This document shows positions 58,701-64,000 of a stretch of DNA of 64,000 bases, in pieces. The stretch is from the human T2T-CHM13v2.0 reference genome, Homo sapiens, in the NCBI RefSeq assembly GCF_009914755.1, contig NC_060925.1; one strand, written 5' to 3'. The translations under genes were made by a program, and so were the position numbers. Numbering within the stretch: the first letter of the stretch is position 1; each line of letters opens with the position of its first letter. Under the pieces are notes generated by a model. The model was not told the origin of the DNA. It was given only the letters and a program-made list of their open reading frames with translations, and did no database searches.

Positions 58701-61700
58701 AGAATTATCGTATGGAATCGAAGAGAATCATCGAATGGACCCGAATGGAATCATCTAATGGAATGGAATGGAATAATCCATGGACTCGAATGCAATCATC
58801 ATCGAATGGAATCGAATGGAATCATCGAATGGACTCGAATGAAATAATCATTGAACGGAATCGAATGGAATCATCATCGGATGGAAATGAATGGAATCAT
58901 CATCGAATGGAATCGAATAGAATTATGGAATGAAATCCAGTGTGATCATCATCGAATGGACCCGAATGGAATCATCATCCAACGGAAGCTAATGGAATCA
59001 ACATCGAATGAATCGAATGGAAACACCATCGAATTGAAACGAATGGAATTATCATGAAATTGAAACGGATGGACACATCATCGAATGGATTCGAATGGAA
59101 TCATCGAATAAAATTGATTGAAATCATCATCAAATGGAATCGAATGGTATCATTGAATGGAATCGAATGGAATCATCATCAGATGGAAATGAATGGAATC
59201 GTCATAGAATGGAATCGAATGGATTCATTGAATGGAATCAGATGGAATCATCGAATGGACTGGAATGGAATCATTGAATGGACTCGAAAGGGATCATGAT
59301 TGAATGGAATTGAATGGAATCATCGAATGGTCTCGATTGGAATCATTATCAAATGGAATCGAATGGAATCACCGAATAGAATCGAATGGAACAATCATCG
59401 AATGGACTCAAATGGAATTATCCTCCAATGGAATCGAATGGAATTATCGAATGCAATCGAATGGAATTATCGAATGCAATCGAATAGAATCATCGAATGG
59501 ACTCGAATGGAATCATCGAATGGAATGGAATGGAACAGTCAATGAACTCGAATGGAATCATCATTGAATGGAATCGAATGGAATCATCGAGTGGAATCGA
59601 ATGGAATTATGATCAAATGGAATCGAATGTAATCATCATCAGATGGAATCAAAAATAACCATCATCAATTGGTATTGAATGGAATTGTCATCAAATGGAA
59701 TTCAAAGGAATCATCATCAAATGGAACCGAATGGAATCCTCATTGAATGGAAATGAAAGGGGTCATCATCTAATGGAATCGCATGGAATCATCATCAAAT
59801 GGAATCGAATGGAATCATCATCAAATGGAATCTAATGGAATCATTTAACAGAATTGAATGGAATCTTCATCGAATGAATTGAATGCAATCATCGAATGGT
59901 CTCGAATGGAATCATCTTCTAATGGAAAGGAATGGAATCATCGCATAGAATCGAATGGAATTATCATCGAATGGAATCGAATGGTATCAACACCAAACGG
60001 AAAAAAACGGAATTATCGAATGGAATCGAAGAGAATCTTCGAACGGACCCGAATGGAATCATCTAATGGAATGGAATGGAATAATCCATGGACTCGAATG
60101 CAATCATCATCGAATGGAATCGAATGGAATCATCGAATGGACTCGAATGGAATAATCATTGAACGGAATCGAATGGAATCATCATCGGATGGAAACGAAT
60201 GGAATCATCATCGAATGGAAATGAAAGGAGTCATCATCTAATGGAATTGCATGGAATCATCATAAAATGGAATCGAATGGAATCAACATCAAATGGAATC
60301 AAATGGAATCATTGAACGGAATTGAATGGAATCGTCATCGAATGAATTGACTGCAATCATCGAATGGTCTCGAATGGAATCATCTTCAAATGGAATGGAA
60401 TGGAATCATCGCATAGAATCGAATGGAATTATCATCGAATGGAATCGAATGGAATCAACATCAAACGGAAAAAAGCGGAATTATCGAATGGAATCGAAGA
60501 GAATCATCGAGTGGACCCGAATGGAATCATCTAATGGAATGGAATGGAATAATCCATGGACTCGAATGCAATCATCATCGAATGGAATCGAATGGAATCA
60601 TCGAATGGACTCGAATGGAATAATCATTGAACGGAATCGAATGGAATCATCATCGGATGGAAATGAATGGAATCATCATCGAATGGAATAGAATAGAATT
60701 ATGGAATGAAATCCAGTGTGATCATCATCGAATGGACCCGAATGGAATCATCATCCAACGGAAGCTAATGGAATCAACATCGAATGAATCGAATGGAAAC
60801 ACCATCGAATTGAAACGAATGGAATTATCATGAAATTGAAATGGATGGACTCATCATCGAATGGATTCGAATGGAATCATCGAATAAAATTGATTGAAAT
60901 CATCATCGAATGGAATCGAATGGTATCATTGAATGGAATCGAATGGAATCATCATCAGATGTAAATGAATGGAATCGTCATAGAATGGAATCGAATGGAT
61001 TCATTGAATGGAATCAGATGGAATCATCGAATGGACTGGAATGGAATCATTGAATGGACTCGAAAGGGATCATTATTGAATGGAATTGAATGGAATCATC
61101 GAATGGTCTCGATTGGAATCATTATCAAATGGAATCGAATGGAATCACCGAATAGAATCGAATGGAACAATCATCGAATGGACTCAAATGGAATTATCCT
61201 CAAATGGAATCGAATGGAATTATCAAATGCAATCGAATGGAATTATCGAATGCAATCGAATAGAATCATCGAAAGGACTCGAATGGAATCATCGAATGGA
61301 ATGGAATGGAACAGTCAATGAACTCGAATGGAATCATCATTGAATGGAATCGAATGGAATCATCGAGTGGAATCGAATGGAATTATGAGCAAATGGAATC
61401 GAATGTAATCATCATCAAATGGAATCAAAAATAACCATCATCAATTGGTATTCAATGGAAATGTCATCAAATGGAATTCAAAGGAATCATCATCAAATGG
61501 AACCGAATGGAATCCTGATTGAATGGAAATGAAAGGGGTCATCATCTGATGGAATCGCATGGAATCATCATCAAATGGAATCGAATGGAATCATCATCAA
61601 ATGGAATCTAATGGAATCATTGAACAGAATTGAATGGAATCGTCATCGAATGAATTGAATGCAATCATCGAATGGTCTCGAATGGAATCATCTTCTAATG

Positions 61701-64000
61701 GAAAGGAATGGAATCATCGCATAGAATCGAATGGAATTATCATCGAATGGAATCGAATGGTATCAACACCAAACGGAAAAAAACGGAATTATCGAATGGA
61801 ATCGAAGAGAATCTTCGAACGGACCCGAATGGAATCATCTAATGGAATGGAATGGAATAATCCATGGACTCGAATGCAATCATCATCGAATGGAATGGAA
61901 TGGAATCATCGAATCGACTCGAATGGAATAATCATTGAACGGAATCGAATGGAATCATCATCGGATGGAAAAGAATGGAATCATCATCGAATGGAAATGA
62001 AAGGAGTCATCATCTAATGGAATTGCATGGAATCATCATAAAATGGAATCGAATGGAATCAACATCAAATGGAATCAAATGGAATCATTGAACGGAATTG
62101 AATGGAATCGTCATCGAATGAATTGACTGCAATCATCGAATGGTCTCGAATGGAATCATCTTCAAATGGAATGGAATGGAATCATCGCATAGAATCGAAT
62201 GGAATTATCATCGAATGGAATCGAATGGAATCAACATCAAACGGAAAAAAACGGAATTATCGAATGGAATCGAAGAGAATCATCGAATGGACCCGAATGG
62301 AATCATCTAATGGAATGGAATGGAATAATCCATGGACTCGAATGCAATCATCATCGAATGGAATCGAATGGAATCATCCAATGGACTCGAATGGAATAAT
62401 CATTGAACGGAATCGAATGGAATCATCATCGGATGGAAATGAATGGAATCATCATCGAATGGAATCGAATAGAATTATGGAATGAAATCCAGTGTGATCA
62501 TCATCGAATGGACCCGAATGGAATCATCATCCAACGGAAGCTAATGGAATCAACATCGAATGAATCGAATGGAAACACCATCGAATTGAAACGAATGGAA
62601 TTATCATGAAATTGAAATGGATGGACTCATCATCGAATGGATTCGAATGGAATCATCGAATAAAATTGATTGAAATCATCATCCAATGGAATCGAATGGT
62701 ATCATTGAATGGAATCGAATGGAATCATCATCAGATGGAAATGAATGGAATCGTCATAGAATGGAATCGAATGGATTCATTGAATGGAATCAGATGGAAT
62801 CATCGAATGGACTGGAATGGAATCATTGAATGGACTCGAAAGGGATCATTATTGAATGGAATTGAATGGAATCATCGAATGGTCTCGATTGGAATCATTA
62901 TCAAATGGAATCGAATGGAATCACCGAATAGAATCGAATGGAACAATCATCGAATGGACTCAAATGGAATTATCCTCCAATGGAATCGAATGGAATTATC
63001 GAATGCAATCGAATGGAATTATCGAATGCAATCGAATAGAATCATCGAATGGACTCGAATGGAATCATCGAATGGAATGGAATGGAACAGTCAATGAACT
63101 CGAATGGAATCATCATTGAATGGAATCGAATGGAATCATCGAGTGGAATCGAATGGAATTATGATCAAATGGAATCGAATGTAATCATCATCAAATGGAA
63201 TCAAAAATAACCATCATCAATTGGTATTGAATGGAATTGTCATCAAATGGAATTCAAAGGAATCATCATCAAATGGAACCGAATGGAATCCTCATTGAAT
63301 GGAAATGAAAGGGGTCATCATCTAATGGAATCGCATGGAATCATCATCAAATGGAATCGAATGGAATCATCATCAAATGGAATCTAATGGAATCATTGAA
63401 CAGAATTGAATGGAATCGTCATCGAATGAATTGAATGCAATCATCGAATGGTCTCGAATGGAATCATCTTCTAATGGAAAGGAATGGAATCATCGCATAG
63501 AATCGAATGGAATTATCATCGAATGGAATCGAATGGTATCAACACCAAACGGAAATAAACGGAATTATCGAATGGAATCGAAGAGAATCTTCGAACGGAC
63601 CCGAATGGAATCATCTAATGGAATGGAATGGAATAATCCATGGACTCGAATGCAATCATCATCGAATGGAATGGAATGGAATCATGGAATGGACTCGAAT
63701 GGAATAATCATTGAACGGAATCGAATGGAATCATCATCGGATGGAAACGAATGGAATCATCATCGAATGGAAATGAAAGGAGTCATCATCTAATGGAATT
63801 GCATGGAATCATCATAAAATGGAATCGAATGGAATCAACATCAAATGGAATCAAATGGAATCATTGAACGGAATTGAATGGAATCGTCATCGAATGAATT
63901 GACTGCAATCATCGAATGGTCTCGAATGGAATCATCTTCAAATGGAATGGAATGGAATCATCGCATAGAATCGAATGGAATTATCATCGAATGGAATCGA
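52560..64000 (+). repeat. Local tetrameric higher-order repeat, period 7081 bp (second copy truncated by window end)
   Basis: Shared variants at +7081: catcagatgg (~52560/~59641), catttaacag, cagatgtaaatg (~53880/~60961), tattcaatggaaatgtc, atcctgattg, aatcgactcg, 163 aa ORFs at 55525/62606, ggaaataaacg plus tcatggaatgg (units 56329/63410). 7081 = 3x1776+1753. Confidence 0.92.

Larger units (their letters stand above)
1..64000 (+). repeat. Human satellite II (HSat2/HSATII) tandem array, ~1776 bp unit, ~39 units; probably chr1q12 (1.77 kb EcoRI repeat)
   Basis: The entire window consists of GGAATCATCGAATGGAATCGAAT-type motifs (reverse complement CATTCGATTC, the HSat2 hallmark, unlike HSat3 (CATTC)n). 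Unit starts by the same landmark are 391, 2167, 3943, 5719 ... 59858, 61634, 63410, mostly 1776 bp apart. There is one conserved GAATTC per unit (231, 2007). Confidence 0.97.

Noticed and set aside
391-63793. Hundreds of 60-170 aa ORFs (MESSSNEL..., MELSSNGIEW..., MKLKWMD...)
   Set aside because: They are translations of the satellite: low complexity (MEWN/GII/ESS), overlapping in several frames, freely broken by stops and frameshifts, with no recognisable domain. ATG is part of the GAATG motif. Longer ORFs (143-170 aa) arise from a single TGA>TTA change.
1-64000. CRISPR-like or other repeat-spacer system
   Set aside because: There are no unique spacers. All sequence between the 23-26 bp motifs is itself satellite and recurs every 1776 bp, and there are no cas-like or other genes.
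1-64000. HSat3 / (GGAAT)n or telomere-like repeat assignment
   Set aside because: Pure GGAAT runs are only 3-4 copies long. CGAAT and CATC motifs dominate, which is diagnostic of HSat2.
1-64000. Transposon insertion, unique island or strand inversion
   Set aside because: I saw no non-satellite sequence or CATTC-strand segment, and the unit spacing arithmetic leaves no unexplained insertion.

Overview
The whole 64 kb window is one uninterrupted, single-orientation array of human (hominid) Satellite II (HSat2/HSATII), written on the GAATG-rich strand and built from degenerate GGAAT/CGAAT/CATC motifs. The dominant period is 1776 bp with one EcoRI site per unit (GAATTC at 231 and 2007). This matches the classical 1.77 kb EcoRI repeat of chromosome 1q12 pericentromeric heterochromatin (HSat2A-type); the chromosome assignment is from recall, not a search. 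About 39 units are present. I see no genes, RNA genes, transposon insertions, inversions or CRISPR arrays, and all listed ORFs are translations of the satellite. I found no evidence for a new gene-based biological system. What can be read from the sequence is the array's architecture: an internal 468 bp duplication in each unit, recurrent structural variants (1063, 1308, 1455 and 2244 bp units), a diverged variant unit with a 147 bp duplication, local 2-mer and 4-mer higher-order repeats (3552, 3231, 3541, 7081 bp), and a rearranged ~17-20 kb block duplication. Offsets were computed by hand from ORF-track coordinates and spot-checked in the sequence; breakpoints are approximate.
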